DNA from: Lama glama | Lineage: Eukaryota | Reading direction: 5' to 3' | DNA length: 64,000 bases | NCBI GenBank assembly: GCA_028534125.1 | Contig: CM052832.1 | Location: 16,866,001-16,930,000, forward strand | Part shown: in pieces, positions 1 through 11,586 of the stretch | Position numbering within the stretch: the first letter of the stretch is position 1 | How the letters are laid out: each line of letters opens with the position of its first letter | Notes under the pieces: generated by a model | Databases searched by the model: none | What the model saw: only the letters and a program-made list of their open reading frames with translations | Told to the model about the DNA's origin: nothing | Made by a program: the position numbers and the translations under genes

Positions 1-1
1 T

Positions 2-385
2 CAGAGCAAGACATGTAGGTCTTCTGTCAAGACCCCTGAACCAGTTGTTCCCACAACCTCTGAGCCCCAGCCTTCCACCTCTAAAGACCAGTGTCTCACC
101 CCCGAGCCTCCATCTCAGGCCACTCGGGGCAGGATACGTAGGTCCTCTGTCAAGACATCCCAACCAGTTGAACCCACAGCCCATGACCTCGAACCTCCCT
201 CCCTCATAGACCAGCCTGTCACCCCTAAGGTAATAGCTCAGGGTGGTCAGAGCAGGACACTAAGGTCTTCTACAGTAAGTGCTGTGCCAGTTTCTACCAC
301 CCCTGAATTCCAGTCTCCTGAACCCACAGAACAGCCCGTTCCCCCTAAGCCTATCCCTCAAGCCAATTGCAGCAGGAGGCCGAGG
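2..385 (+). repeat. MDC1 coding PST repeats, ~123-nt (41-aa) period, degenerating toward 3'
   Basis: aggtcttctgtcaagac (~17), aggtcctctgtcaagac (~140) and aggtcttctacagt (~263) recur 123 nt apart in frame. Confidence 0.85.
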
Positions 386-2978
386 GCCACCAGGAAGCAT
401 GGGTCTCTCCCAGCTCCCACTGTTCATGAGCCCTGCACTACACCCCCTGAACCTAACTCCCGGTCCTCGAGGAACCAAAGACGAGGAGCAGGGAGAGCAG
501 CAGAGTCCGTTAGCACCATTCCTGAGCCTACCTTTGCCCAGCTTCCTGAGGTGCCCCCTCCTGCTCCCCAGATCCAAAAGGGGGAGGCAGCAGGTAGATC
601 TGGCTTCACCCCAGAGCCCCAGCCTAAGGCCTCTCAAAACCGCAAGAGGCCTTTAGCTACTTCGGATTCACCCCCACTTCAAAAACGGCTCCGAAGGGGA
701 GAAGTGCCCCAGAAGACGGCATTCTTCACAGAAGAAGAAAATACTGCAACGAGGCCGGGCAAGGAAGAGGTGAGGAGAGGGCAGGGGCCATGATGCTAGG
801 AAAGGGCTTGGGGACTCAGAAATTCCCACCAAGTTCCCTCTCAATCCCAGGATGTAGTGATGCCAGGAGCAGTCAAGAGAAAGAGAGGCCAGGCGGAGGA
901 GGAGCCCCCAGGAACACAGAGCCGCAGCCTCCGACGGACCAAACCTAACCAAGAGCCCACAGCCCCCAAAGTAGGAGACCGGGGCCCTGAGGCTTCATGG
1001 GAGATGAGGGAGGGTGGGAGGAGACCGAGGGGATTTGGGAGATGGGCGCTGAGACACTGGTTGCTGTGACCTGCTCAGGCTGACCCGCTTCACAGGTGCT
1101 CTTCACAGGAGTGGTGGATGCTCGTGGAGAGCGGGCAGTGCTGGCCCTGGGGGGCAGTCTGGCCAGCTCAGTGGCTGAGGCTTCCCACCTGGTGACTGAT
1201 CGGATCCGTCGGACTGTTAAGTTCCTGTGCGCCTTGGGGCGGGGCATCCCCATCCTCTCCCTGGACTGGCTGCACCAGGTGAGAGGCCAGGAGATGATGA
1301 TGGACCCACCCATAGAGATAGTGACCGGAGAAGACTGCTCACATAGGGCTCTAGAAAGCAGTGGGAGGAGTGTGCGTACAGGAAGATGAGGTTAGTGAGG
1401 TTTAATTCAAAAGACATTTCGTGAGCGCCCTGTAAATGCTAGACAGAAGAGCTGGGTGATGAGCCAGGCTGAGCTTTGATGCTGACTATTCCGTCCTTAG
1501 TCCCGCAAGGCAGGTTGCTTCTTGCCCCCAGATGAGTATGTGGTGACTGATCCCGAGCAGGAGAAGAACTTTGGCTTCAGCCTCCGGGAGGCCCTGAGCC
1601 GAGCTCAGGAGCGCAGGCTGCTGGAGGTGAGAGGCTGTCTTCTACGCCATGCTTCAGCCCTCCATCCAGACATTTCCCAAGGCTCCCCAGCCTCTCGTAT
1701 CATCTGCTGTCTCCACCATTGTCTTCCCTAGGGCTATGAGATTCACGTGACCCCAGGAGTCCAGCCACCACCCCTGCAGATGGGCGAGATCATCAGCTGC
1801 TGTGGAGGCACCTTCCTACCCAGCATGCCCCGGTCCTATAAGGTAGGGGTGGGGTGTTCAGATGTGGTGAGGTGGCTGTTAAGAGGGGCTGGAATGGGAA
1901 CAGGTTGGAGGAAGAATGGAGGTACAGATGGACACAATGTAGCCAGAGGGTGGGGGAAGACCTATGGGACAGAAAGGGATAGAAAAGAGGAAAGAAGTCT
2001 GCTGATGCCAAATGGACTTATCTTTATTTTGTATTTAAATTTTTTTTCAAGGATACACAAAGGGAGGGGGAATAAGGCAGCAAACCTCCATACACTTAGA
2101 TTCGACAGGTTAATTTAGATTTGGCTACATTTGCTCTATGTATCCTTTTTTTTTCTTCTTTCATTTTTGTTGCTGAAGTATTTTAAAGGAAAGTGCAAAC
2201 ATCATATTATTTCCTTCTACACACTTAAAATATACATCTCCAGGAAATATGTACATTCTCTGACATAATCACAGTGCCATTATTGGTCAATAACAAAAGT
2301 AACAATTGTTTCTTGGTCACTTTGTCATAACACATTAATCAGATTTCTCTAGGTGTCTGAAAATGTCTTTTTACAGTTCAAGTCAGGATTCACACAAGGT
2401 CCATATATCGTCACAATTGTTGTATCTCTTGATTGGCTTTTACTCTAGAGCATCCCCCCAACGCACCCAGCCTTTTTTGATGCCTTTGATTTCCTGCGGA
2501 AACTAGGTCAGTTGTCCTTTAGGATGTTCCATAGTCTGGATTTTTCTATTTGCTCTCTTGTTGTATCATTTATTATCTTCTTCTTCTTCTGTCTTCTGTA
2601 TTTCCTGTCAATGGTAGTTAACTTTAAAAGCTTGAACAAGTTCAAGTTCAACTTTTCTGCTAAGAGTTCTTCATAGATCGTGTGCTTCATATGACTTCAT
2701 ACCAGGAGGTCCTCTTTTAGTGCTGCTAAGACAGACGAGTGGGCCCAAACCTATTTCTAGGGTTCTTTTTCACTCCTGACTTTCTGTTTTCACTCTTTGT
2801 CTCTCTCCAGCCTCAGAGAGTGGTGATCACATGCTCCAAGGACTTTCCTCGATGTTCCATTCCATTTCGGGTTGGGCTGCCCATCCTCTCACCTGAGTTC
2901 CTGCTGACAGGAGTACTGAAGCAGGAAGCCAAGCCAGAGGCCTTTGTCCTCTCCACTTTGAAAATGTCATCCATCTGA
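2..2978 (+). CDS. MDC1: Mediator of DNA damage checkpoint protein 1, 3' part (PST repeats, tandem BRCT); 5'-partial
   Basis: Exons <2-769, 851-970, 1096-1278, 1501-1626, 1732-1842, 2811-2978(TGA), all GT-AG phase 0. Reads [16 protein letters not shown] repeats, then [20 protein letters not shown]...[23 protein letters not shown] (BRCT1) and [14 protein letters not shown]...[18 protein letters not shown] (BRCT2). Confidence 0.97.
2030..2730 (-). mobile_element. Old L1 (L1ME/L1MD-like) fragment in last MDC1 intron
   Basis: AT-rich degenerate sequence (catcatattattt...cacagtgccattatt...caaggtccatat...gatgttccatagtctggattttt) resembling antisense ancient L1 3' region; similar to 24050-25100. Subfamily and boundaries approximate. 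Confidence 0.55.
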
Positions 2979-3557
2979 AACCTCCGCCCCAAGTACCCTT
3001 GTCCCTCCCAGACCACCAAATGAGGTGTTAAAAATATTTGGAAGAGAGAACTTAGGGCTTTAGAAAAAATTGGAGTGTACTGATCTGATTTGTCTCTGTA
3101 CATGGGTGGGGCCGAAAAAGCTTATGGATAAAGAAAGATAGAGAGATTAGGAGCCACAGATTTTCTTAAATGAGGCCAGTGCCATGCTCAGATATCTTAA
3201 GTGGCTGCTCCTGTTTAGCTGTACTGATGTACTTACTGCTCTATGACACGCACAGTATCCTGCCTCCTGTTTGGAAGCCATTTATTTCTCTTCTTTTCTT
3301 ACTGGTATTCATACATATAACCTGCAGAAGATAGTGGGAACAATTTTAGTGTCAGGAACTTAAAGGGATGCTTGGAATGAGTAAATTTGAGGGTGGAGTT
3401 ATCGAACACTACTAAAATATTTTCCTCTTTCCTTGCCCCATCTGGTTAGAAGTGCCCTTTAGCTTTGACACTGAGCAAATCTCTGCACTTTTTCTTTTCT
3501 TTTGGCCTGCTTTCCCAGGATTTATAAAGTTAGAGCTTGGGCTTAACCTCTGTGATA

Positions 3558-3563
3558 AATAAA
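3558..3563 (+). terminator. MDC1 polyadenylation signal AATAAA
   Basis: AATAAA ~580 nt after the stop, followed by GT/T-rich sequence. Confidence 0.7.
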
Positions 3564-3624
3564 TTTCACTCTGTGCCTTATGGTATAGTGAAATTTTATT
3601 TTGTAAATTTTAAAAGTTGGTTGA

Positions 3625-4260
3625 TTACAAGGATGTAGGGAAATTGGAACCCAGATACATTGCTGTTGGGAATGTAAAATGGCTCATCTGCTGTGGGAAG
3701 CAGTTCGACCGTTTCTCAAAAAGTTAAACATAGTATTACCATGTGACTCAGCAATTCTATATACTCATAGGTGTATACCCAAAAGTTAAAACAGATGTTG
3801 AAATACTTGTAGACGAATGTTCATATCAATACTTTCATAAGAGTGGAAAGATGGAAACAACACAAACGTTTATCACTAGAAGAATGGATAAATTGTGGCA
3901 TAGCTATATGATGGAATATTATTCAGACATAAAAGGGGATGAAGTACTATTTGTGCTGCAGTGTTTTGAGGATGAACCTCAAAAGTGTTATGCTAAGTGA
4001 AAAGCCAGATGAAAAAGGTCAAATTTTATGCTTCCACTTATAGGAACTACCCAGAATAGGTAAATCCATAAAGACAGAGTAGATTGGTGGTTGCCAGGGG
4101 CAGTGGAGGAGGGAAAATGGGGAGTGACTGCTTAAGGGATAGAGGGTTTTATTTTGGGGTGAAGAGAAAATGCTTTGGAACTGGATAGAGGTGGTACTTG
4201 CACACATTATGAATGGGTTCGTTTCATGTTATGTGAATTTCACTTCAATTTAAAAAAATA
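3625..4260 (+). mobile_element. L1M 3' end fragment
   Basis: ggatgtagggaaattggaaccc...tgggaatgtaaaatgg...aaaagttaaacatag...atggaatattattcag...gatagaggtggt...gtgaattt, ending in an A-run; typical L1 3' end motifs. Confidence 0.85.
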
Positions 4261-4494
4261 TTGATTAGTTTTGTGTACTTTACTGTAAGTAACTTATACT
4301 TAAGTTTGGAAAACGTTGGTGGAGTAGAAATAGCATGAGCTTTGCCAAACACTGCTGGCTTTTAAACACACCTAGTCTCATATATTAAGCACAGCCATTG
4401 TGAGTGTGGCACATGGTAGGACCCAAATATTAGTTCCCTTGCTCAACTCAAAGCCTCATACTGTCCATGTCCCATGTCCTTGAGGTCCACTGGA

Positions 4495-4545
4495 GACCAT
4501 GTGCATGATAGGCATGCTCTCTACCACTGAGCTATATCCACCCCC
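4495..4545 (-). mobile_element. Truncated tRNA-derived SINE (camelid Vic-1-like)
   Basis: Reverse complement ggggtggatatagctcagtggtagagagcatgcctatcatgcac contains a Pol III A-box; no intact B-box or tail. Confidence 0.6.
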
Positions 4546-4737
4546 TTCCACTGGATTCTTTATAGCACCTGCTGTCTCTCCAGCCCCACTTTGCATGCAT
4601 GTGCATGCCTACTTCATGAGGGATACCAGTTTAAATTTAAACTGGCTCCAATTTAAGTTTCTTGAGAATAGAGATCTTTTCTTACACTTCCAACAAATCC
4701 TAAAGCTCGTAGCACATTGTGTAATAAATGTCTCTTT

Positions 4738-5010
4738 ATCAGTCAGGATCCTAACAGGAAATGATGGCACAGTCATATTAGGATAATTTGGGGAGAGTTT
4801 AATAAAGTGAAAATGAGAAGTAGGCAGAGTGTACAGAAATCACAAAGAATCTTGCAGCACCCTAGTAGCCACAGCTCTGTTGTGACCACCTGTAAACCCC
4901 AAAGGTTGAGAGGAGGAAACAGTTATGTAGAAAGGGTTCCCTCAAATGCTGTGATTTTCATTGATGCAGCCCATTCGGGTAAACTTCCTGAGGCAGAAAG
5001 GATGGAGAGT
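4738..5010. mobile_element. Possible ERVL-type LTR fragment
   Basis: tcagtcaggatcctaacaggaaatgatggcacagtc...ggagagtttaataaag resembles recalled LTR33/LTR41-type termini. Confidence 0.35.
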
Positions 5011-5811
5011 GAATCAGGAGGGAAAACATGATGTTTGGTACAATGTACAACAATGTTAATTCAGAGGACAATGGGAGTACTGAGCCTCTGGGAGCGAGGA
5101 AAAGGAATGTAGAGCCTATGGGATGCTGTTTGGTAATTTTGTGGTCCCTGAGCCTGCAGGACCAGCAGCTCCTTATCTTGGGAAATTTTCTTGATCTCTT
5201 TAGGACTATATTTCTTCTATCTATTAGCTGAGGAAATCAGCCTAACTATGTCTAAGGTCCCTACTATGGTCATAGCTACTGTGACTAGGTCCTTAGCTAC
5301 ATGATCTTTAATTCTGATGGAGAAAAACTTTACTTTTATTTTGATTTTTAGATGTTAGTCTGTATTACAAACAGGGCTGTAGGACAAATTTTCAGACAAA
5401 AGATCTTAGTGGTTTCTGACTAATAAGTGGAGTCAAACTAATGAGGTTGAAGACTAAAGTCATAGGTAGTTAATTATCACAAGCTTGGATAAAATTAACC
5501 TACTACAAAGTTTACAATTATAAAATTTTCTATCACAAATACTTTAATATATTGTTAGTCTCATGGTTACAAATCAACAGCTTTGGCATTATAGGAACAA
5601 ATCTTTTGGTGTTACAGGTAAGTTCTCTGCCCTTAGCAAATGGAGAGGCAACAACTCAACTTTATAATAAATTACAGAATAAGCATTAATTTGTGGTAAA
5701 AGAGTCATTAACTCTTTTTAATCTAACAAGATGTAATAGGTGATTCAGAGGTTTGAGTTTTTCAGCTTAGGTCAACAGGGTTAGGGTCAGGTTCTCTCAT
5801 CGTTTATTATT

Positions 5812-6089
5812 CTTTTTAAACTTTTTTTTTATTGAGTTATAGTCATTTTACAATGTGTCAAATTCCAGTGTAGAGCACAATTTTTCAGTAATACACGAAC
5901 ATACATATATTCATTGTCAGATTTTTTTTTCGCTGTGAGCTATCACAAGATCTTGTATATATTTCCCTGTGCTATACAGTATAATCTTGTTTATCTATTC
6001 TGCATATGCCTGTCACTATCTACAGATTTTGAAATCCCAGTCTGTCCCTTCCCACCCCCGCCCCCTTGGCAACCACAAGTTTGTATTCT
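5812..6089 (-). mobile_element. Young lineage-specific L1 3' end, 5'-truncated, with target-site duplication
   Basis: T-run then attgagttatagtcattttacaatg...ccctgtgctatacagtataatctt. 15-bp TSD tca(t/c)cgtttattatt at 5797-5811 and 6090-6104. Highly similar to 47105-47340. Confidence 0.85.
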
Positions 6090-6319
6090 TCACCGTTTAT
6101 TATTAAAGTGTTAACTGAGGCTTTGTAACCTCTTACTAGATGCTTTTTCGTCAAGCCTGTTAAAGGAAAGGGGGTTCATAATGCTGTGTTGCTGCAAGAA
6201 CCCTGCAAGAAACTGTCTTCATTTTAGATGTGAAAACTAGCCGAACTGCGATTCAACCCACGTGAGTGACTGCACAGCCGCTGCCCTTTTCACCTCTCAC
6301 TTGGGATTCTAACGTTCCT

Positions 6320-6740
6320 TTCTGTGACGCGGAGATCGCAGGCTCGGGACAAGCACCCGAGAATCTGCTCTACAGCCTGGTGAGAGTCCCGCGCTGCAGG
6401 CCGGAAGCCCGGACGTCGGCGCGCAGGAGCCCCGCCCTACGGGGCAGAGATCCAGGCGGGGGGCGCGGCCGGGGCGGGGCCTGCGGACGCGGGAATCCCA
6501 AACCCGCCCCTTTCCCCACCCCTGTGTTTCTCGCCATGGCCCCTGCTCTGCTGCTCGTCCCTGCTGCCCTCGCCTCTTTCATCCTGGCCTTTGGCACCGG
6601 AGTAGAGTTCGTGCGCTTTACCTCCCTTCGGCCGCTTCTTGGAGGGATCCCGGAGTCTGGTGGTCCCGGTGAGCGGGAGGGACCGAGGATGAGTTCTGGA
6701 GTAGGGAGGTGGAGCCGGAGAGAGGGAGCGAGGGCGGGGC
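6320..6740 (+). promoter_or_regulatory. NRM CpG-island promoter
   Basis: CpG-rich; ccggaag (ETS), gacgtc (CRE core) and ggggcggggc (GC box) upstream of ATG 6536. Confidence 0.75.
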
Positions 6741-8957
6741 TTAGAGACAAATGACAGGGGAAGTCTAGGAGAGGGAACTAGAACCAGGAAAGCCACGGAG
6801 AAGCCTCAGGGAAGACCAGAGGGCTAAATTAGGAACTCAGGGATTAGCGGTTTGGAGAGGCGGTAGAGTGAGGAGTGGGGGAGGGAAAGGGCGATGAGCA
6901 GAGTATTCTAAGGAAAGTGCTTTGTAGAGAGGACTATGGAGAGGAGAATGTTAAAAAGAGGGAGCATTTGGAGAACCAAAACGAGGGGCAATCCAATAGT
7001 GGCCCCTCTAGCCCTGCCTTACGTGACTACCCAACATGAATCCTCTCCCCCAGCTCTGAAGGTGGCCTGGGAAGAGGGAAGAAACTGAATAGGAAAATAA
7101 GGTGGAGGGGGGAGGGTATAGCTCAAGCAATAGTGTTCAGCATGCAGGAGGTCCTGGGTTCAATCTCCATTACCTCCTCCCGCCAAAAAAGAAATTTTTT
7201 TAAAGGAAAATACAAAAACAAAAAAAAGTGAGGTGAGCAAAGCCTAGAGAGGAAGCCTTAAGGCTCTTGAAAGCATTAAGGGCTAGAGCCTGGAGCACCA
7301 AGGGGAGAGAAGGGTAGGGAGTGCTTCCCATTGTTTTGATCTTTTGTCCCTTTCTCCAACTCCCACTAGATGCCCGCCAGGGATGGCTGGCTGCCCTGCA
7401 GGACCAAAGCATCCTTGTTCCCCTGGCTTGGGATCTGGGGCTCCTACTACTATTTGTGGGGCAGCACAGCCTCATGGCAACTGAGACAGTGAAGGCATGG
7501 ATGTCCCGATACTTTGGGGTCCTTCAGAGGTCACTGTATGTGGCATGCACTGCCTTGGCCTTGCAGGTATGAAGCCCTGGCAGCTCAGTCCCCAAGGGAA
7601 ACAGCCTGTGGGAAGGATGCCGTTGATTGGAGAGGCAAAGACTTTAGGCTTCTGATTAAATTCGAGTTTAGGAGGAGAATTGAGGGTGTTCAGGAGTGTA
7701 ATCTCAGCTTCCATTCCTCCACAGCACAGACCCTACTTTTTATCAAGAAGGATGTACTGCTTGTCACTCCCTGCGCATAATATGTGCATTCTCACCTTTG
7801 CAACTTTGTTCATGTTGTCCTGCTTAAGATCTGTCCCCTTGTTAAAGCCTCTTCAGCCCTATCCTTTCTTCACAGCCACTTCCCTAGGTCTTAAGAGAAG
7901 TCTTCTCAGCATTCATCTGTCTTCTCAGAGGGATGGTTGGCATAGGCTACTTTGTGTACCTTTCTGGTTTTTCTCATTCATTCTGTAAGTCCTCAGACTA
8001 GAGACAGGTCATCCTTACATCCTTGGGACCCCACCCAGCACCCTCCACATGGTGAATATGCTCATGGTAGAGGTGGGGAGAGCAGCAGGCCAGCCTGGGG
8101 TGGGGGCAGCCTCTGGGTCTAGGTCTCTCAAGAGGATGGGCTGCTGGGATACTCAGCCCCTCATCCTTCTTCAGCTGGTGATGCGGTACTGGGAGCCCGT
8201 GCCCAGGGGCCCTGTGTTGTGGGAAGCTCGGGCTGAGCCATGGGCCACCTGGGTGCCCCTCCTCTGCTTTGTGCTCCACGTCATTTCCTGGCTCCTCATC
8301 TTCAGCATCCTTCTCGTCTTTGACTACGCAGAGCTCATGGGCCTCAAACAGGTGATGCTCCCAGATACCTACCTGAGACTTCTGATCCTATCTAGAACAC
8401 CTTTTTCCTTTCCAAGGATGTCCCTCCTCCTCCCATACTCTTCCACCTGCCTCTTGCTTTCGTCTCCCCTCAGCCCTCCCTCAAAGGCCAGAAACCATGG
8501 CCACCTGGGCCTAGGGAGGGTTCATGGACCTGAGATAAGGGTCAGGGGCCCAAGTCTCAGAAGGGTGGTTCCTGGGCCTGAGTTAAAGAAGGAGGGTGGC
8601 TGGAAGGGGAGGAAAGAGGCAGCTAAGTTGCGACAAGGGCTTGACTCCGCTTCTAAGCCGTTCTCCCTCTCCTAGGTGTACTACCATGTGCTGGGACTGG
8701 GCGAGCCTCTAGCCCTGAAGTCTCCCCGAGCCCTGAGACTCTTCTCCCACCTGCGCCACCCAGTGTGTGTAGAGCTGCTGACAGTGCTATGGGTGGTGCC
8801 CACCCTGGGCACTGACCGGCTCCTCCTTGCTTTCCTCCTTACCCTCTACCTGGGCCTGGCTCACGGACTTGACCAGCAAGACCTCCGCTATCTCCGGGCC
8901 CAGCTGCAAAGAAAACTCCACCTGCTCTCCCGGCCCCAGGAGGGGGAGGCCGAGTGA
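6536..8957 (+). CDS. NRM: Nurim, inner nuclear membrane protein, 262 aa
   Basis: Exons 6536-6668, 7370-7566, 8175-8351, 8676-8957 total 789 nt. [28 protein letters not shown]...[21 protein letters not shown]; Kozak gccATGG. Confidence 0.97.
7107..7194 (+). mobile_element. Short tRNA-derived SINE (camelid Vic-1-like) in NRM intron 1
   Basis: ggggagggtatagctcaa (A-box)...catgcaggaggtcctgggttcaatctcc (B-box) followed by an A-rich tail. Confidence 0.8.
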
Positions 8958-9538
8958 GGAGCTGATGTACTGAAGTTCCAAGTCCAGTACTTCCTCTCCC
9001 CCTCCAATTCCAAATCCCTTAGCATCCAGGCCCTGGCTACTTCAAACCAGAGGCCCAAATCCATGGACTGAAGGAAACATCCCTTCCCCTGCTTGAGCCT
9101 CTACTCCTTGGGCCCGGCTCCATTTCCTAAATTCTGAGTTTCGGCCATTGTACTCCAAGGTCCACTTCTCATCAGCCAGGAAGGAGTGGAGACTTTATGT
9201 GTTAGGGCTTGACCTTCCATTAACCACCTCCTCGTAAGGAGAAGGGTGGGGCCTGACCACTCCCCTGGCACTGTAACTGGCCTGTGCCTCAGGGATCCTC
9301 TTCTCCAACGTCTTGCTCGCCCTCCTAGGAGCGGGACCAAGGCCTGCAAGTTTGACTACCCCTCCAGGCTCCACACCTTGCGGGCTCAGGGGGAGCGAGG
9401 CTCCCCCTCTCTGGCCTTTTCAGCTCCGTATGCCCCACCCCTGGGCTCCATCCTTGAACCTAGCTGATCGGATTCTCCCGCTCTTAATTCGGTTGACTAA
9501 GGGCTCCCTGCTCTCCCGAGAAACACGCGCTACAGGAA

Positions 9539-9544
9539 AATAAA
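9539..9544 (+). terminator. NRM polyadenylation signal AATAAA
   Basis: AATAAA followed by a U-rich element (ctgtttttttct). Confidence 0.7.
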
Positions 9545-9599
9545 ATTCAGCCTGTTTTTTCTACTTCTGGCATGCAGTCTGTCGGTGTCTTTCAAGCTG

Positions 9600-11050
9600 C
9601 GGGGCTGATCGGAAGGACAGGAGAGCCAAACTCGAGTCTGGGCATCCGCCGCGCCCTCTGGCGACCGCTGGGCGGCGGCCACTCCCCGCGGACCCACTCC
9701 CACCTTCCCGTAGCGTCCAGCCCCTCTTCCTCCAAATCCCCCAATTTCCCGGCTGCAGACCTGGGAACCCACGGGAGACATATTGAAGCTGAAGAGTGGG
9801 GCAGCGGCTCGGGTAAGGGAGCGAGCTTCCGAAGCCATTGGCTTACGAGCGCCGCTCCTGCCGCCGCCCCCTCCCCAAGGGCCCCCTACAGCCCGGCGGC
9901 TGCCCAGGCCCCCTAGAGTAACAAAGACTGGCCGGGGAGGCAAAAGCGTGGGGGAGGAGCGGCAGGAGATGGGAAGGGCGGGTCTGGCTTGGAGCAGCTG
10001 CTGCTTCCTCCCCAAGTCCCTCGAGGGGCCTGAGTCACGGGCCGCCGCCCTGGGTCAGCGAGCTGGGGGCGGGGGTCTGGACACCTGGGTTATCCAGGGC
10101 TACTGGGCGGGAGCTGGGTGAGAGGCCCTGGGGACAGATAGCTGAGAGCTGCCGGTAGCGGCGGGAAAAGAGGAGTGCCGGCGCTGAGTCCCACGCGGGC
10201 TAGGAGGGAGCGAGGCTCCGCCCCCTCGTCCGGCTCCGCCTCGCGCCCCCATCCCTCTCCCCATTGTCCTCAGACAAAGCGGTCGCCGCCCCCTGCCCGG
10301 CCCCCAGGTCTCTGCCTCTGTCCCTCCTCCTCAGCTCCCTCTTTCCCTCCTCCTCTCCCTCCCTCCTCCCCTCCCTCCTGTCTCCGGATCTCCCTCGATC
10401 CCTCTCTCCTCCTCTTCCTCTCTCCTCCTCTCTCCGGACGCCAGACTCCTCCGCACCCCCTCCCCTGGGAGCCCCGCGGCATGTGAGTTGACTGAGGGGC
10501 TTCAGACCTGGAAAGGGGGTGTCTCCTCTCCCATACCCTCTCCCGTTCCCAGCCCGGACCTTGGGCTGTCTCCTCTTTGTGCCGAGATTGCTTGTCTGTG
10601 TGGTCAGAGCAGGGTGGGAATGGCCGGCTATGTCAGGGTTCCAGGAGAGCCGAGACCTGGGCCCAGGACTGGCCAGCTCCGGAGAAAACAGGCGTGGAGC
10701 GGGTTCTCCGCACGCCTGGGGCGTACGCCTGGATACCGGGGCACAGCTGGGGGAGGCAGGCGGTGGTGACGGGACCGGGTGGGGGTGGACGCCAGAGTTC
10801 TGGGAACGTGCTGGCAGCTCAGACACCCGGGTTCCGAAAGTCCCCAGAGGAGGGTATTTCCCCTGACCCGCCTCGGGGCGGAGTGCGGGGCGGAGGGGGG
10901 GAGGGTGGGGGGCCGGAGAGGCGTGGCCCGAGCGAGGCTGGAAGGGGAGCCCGGACCTCCTGGGCCCGCGCTGAGACGCGCGGGGCTGCAGCCGCGGAGC
11001 TCCCTCCCCCCTCTGCCCCCTGATTACCCCTTCTCCCCTAGACCTCTCCA
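9600..11050 (+). promoter_or_regulatory. PPP1R18 CpG island with candidate alternative non-coding first exons
   Basis: CpG-rich block. Consensus donors cgg|gtaagg (exon end 9812) and cat|gtgagt (exon end 10482). Acceptor with long pyrimidine tract at 11559/11560, 27 nt before the ATG. Confidence 0.65.
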
Positions 11051-11586
11051 CTCTCCGCCCTCCCACCTCCCCGACACCCCCTCAGGTCCCACTGCCCCCT
11101 CTCCGGCGGGATTCCCTGACCTCTCTTCCCACTCTTACCTCTCCTGGAACAGCGGTGAGGCAACGTCGCCTGGACCCTGTCCGCCTCACTCCCAGCTTCC
11201 CTTTACTCTCTTCTCCCTCACGCCAACTTCTTTCGTTTTGCTCTCTTCTCACATCCTCGGGACTGTCTCTGATACCCATTAACCTGTACTGACAAATCTG
11301 ACCCTGCCTCTTTGCCCTGAATTTCTCCATTCTTCCTCTCAAATCACCCCCCCATCAACTTGGCTTTTACTTTGTTCTTCACTGTCTCAGCTTCCCCCTT
11401 TCTCTGCCCTCCCTCTTCTCCCCCTTTCCCTCTGTTCTCACTCTCAGCTCCTCTGCCCTCCTGTGTGTCCCATCTCTCCGGTCCACTTCCTTTCCTCCCA
11501 CCCCCATTCTCACCACCTGGGCCTCTCTGGAGCCTCTCCTTCCTGTTCTCTGCCCCCAGCGCTCCCCCATCCTCCCCAAGGCGACC

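Noticed and set aside
3600..6300. RPL7 processed pseudogene that I recall between human MDC1 and NRM
   Set aside because: No RPL7-like sequence visible; the interval is mostly repeat fragments.
7107..7194. Possible tRNA gene
   Set aside because: Has A/B boxes but no cloverleaf and carries an A-rich tail; it is a SINE.
10200..11066. 288-aa minus-strand ORF and other long ORFs in the PPP1R18 CpG island
   Set aside because: Low-complexity G/P/R-rich, non-ATG starts, expected from stop-codon scarcity in GC-rich DNA.
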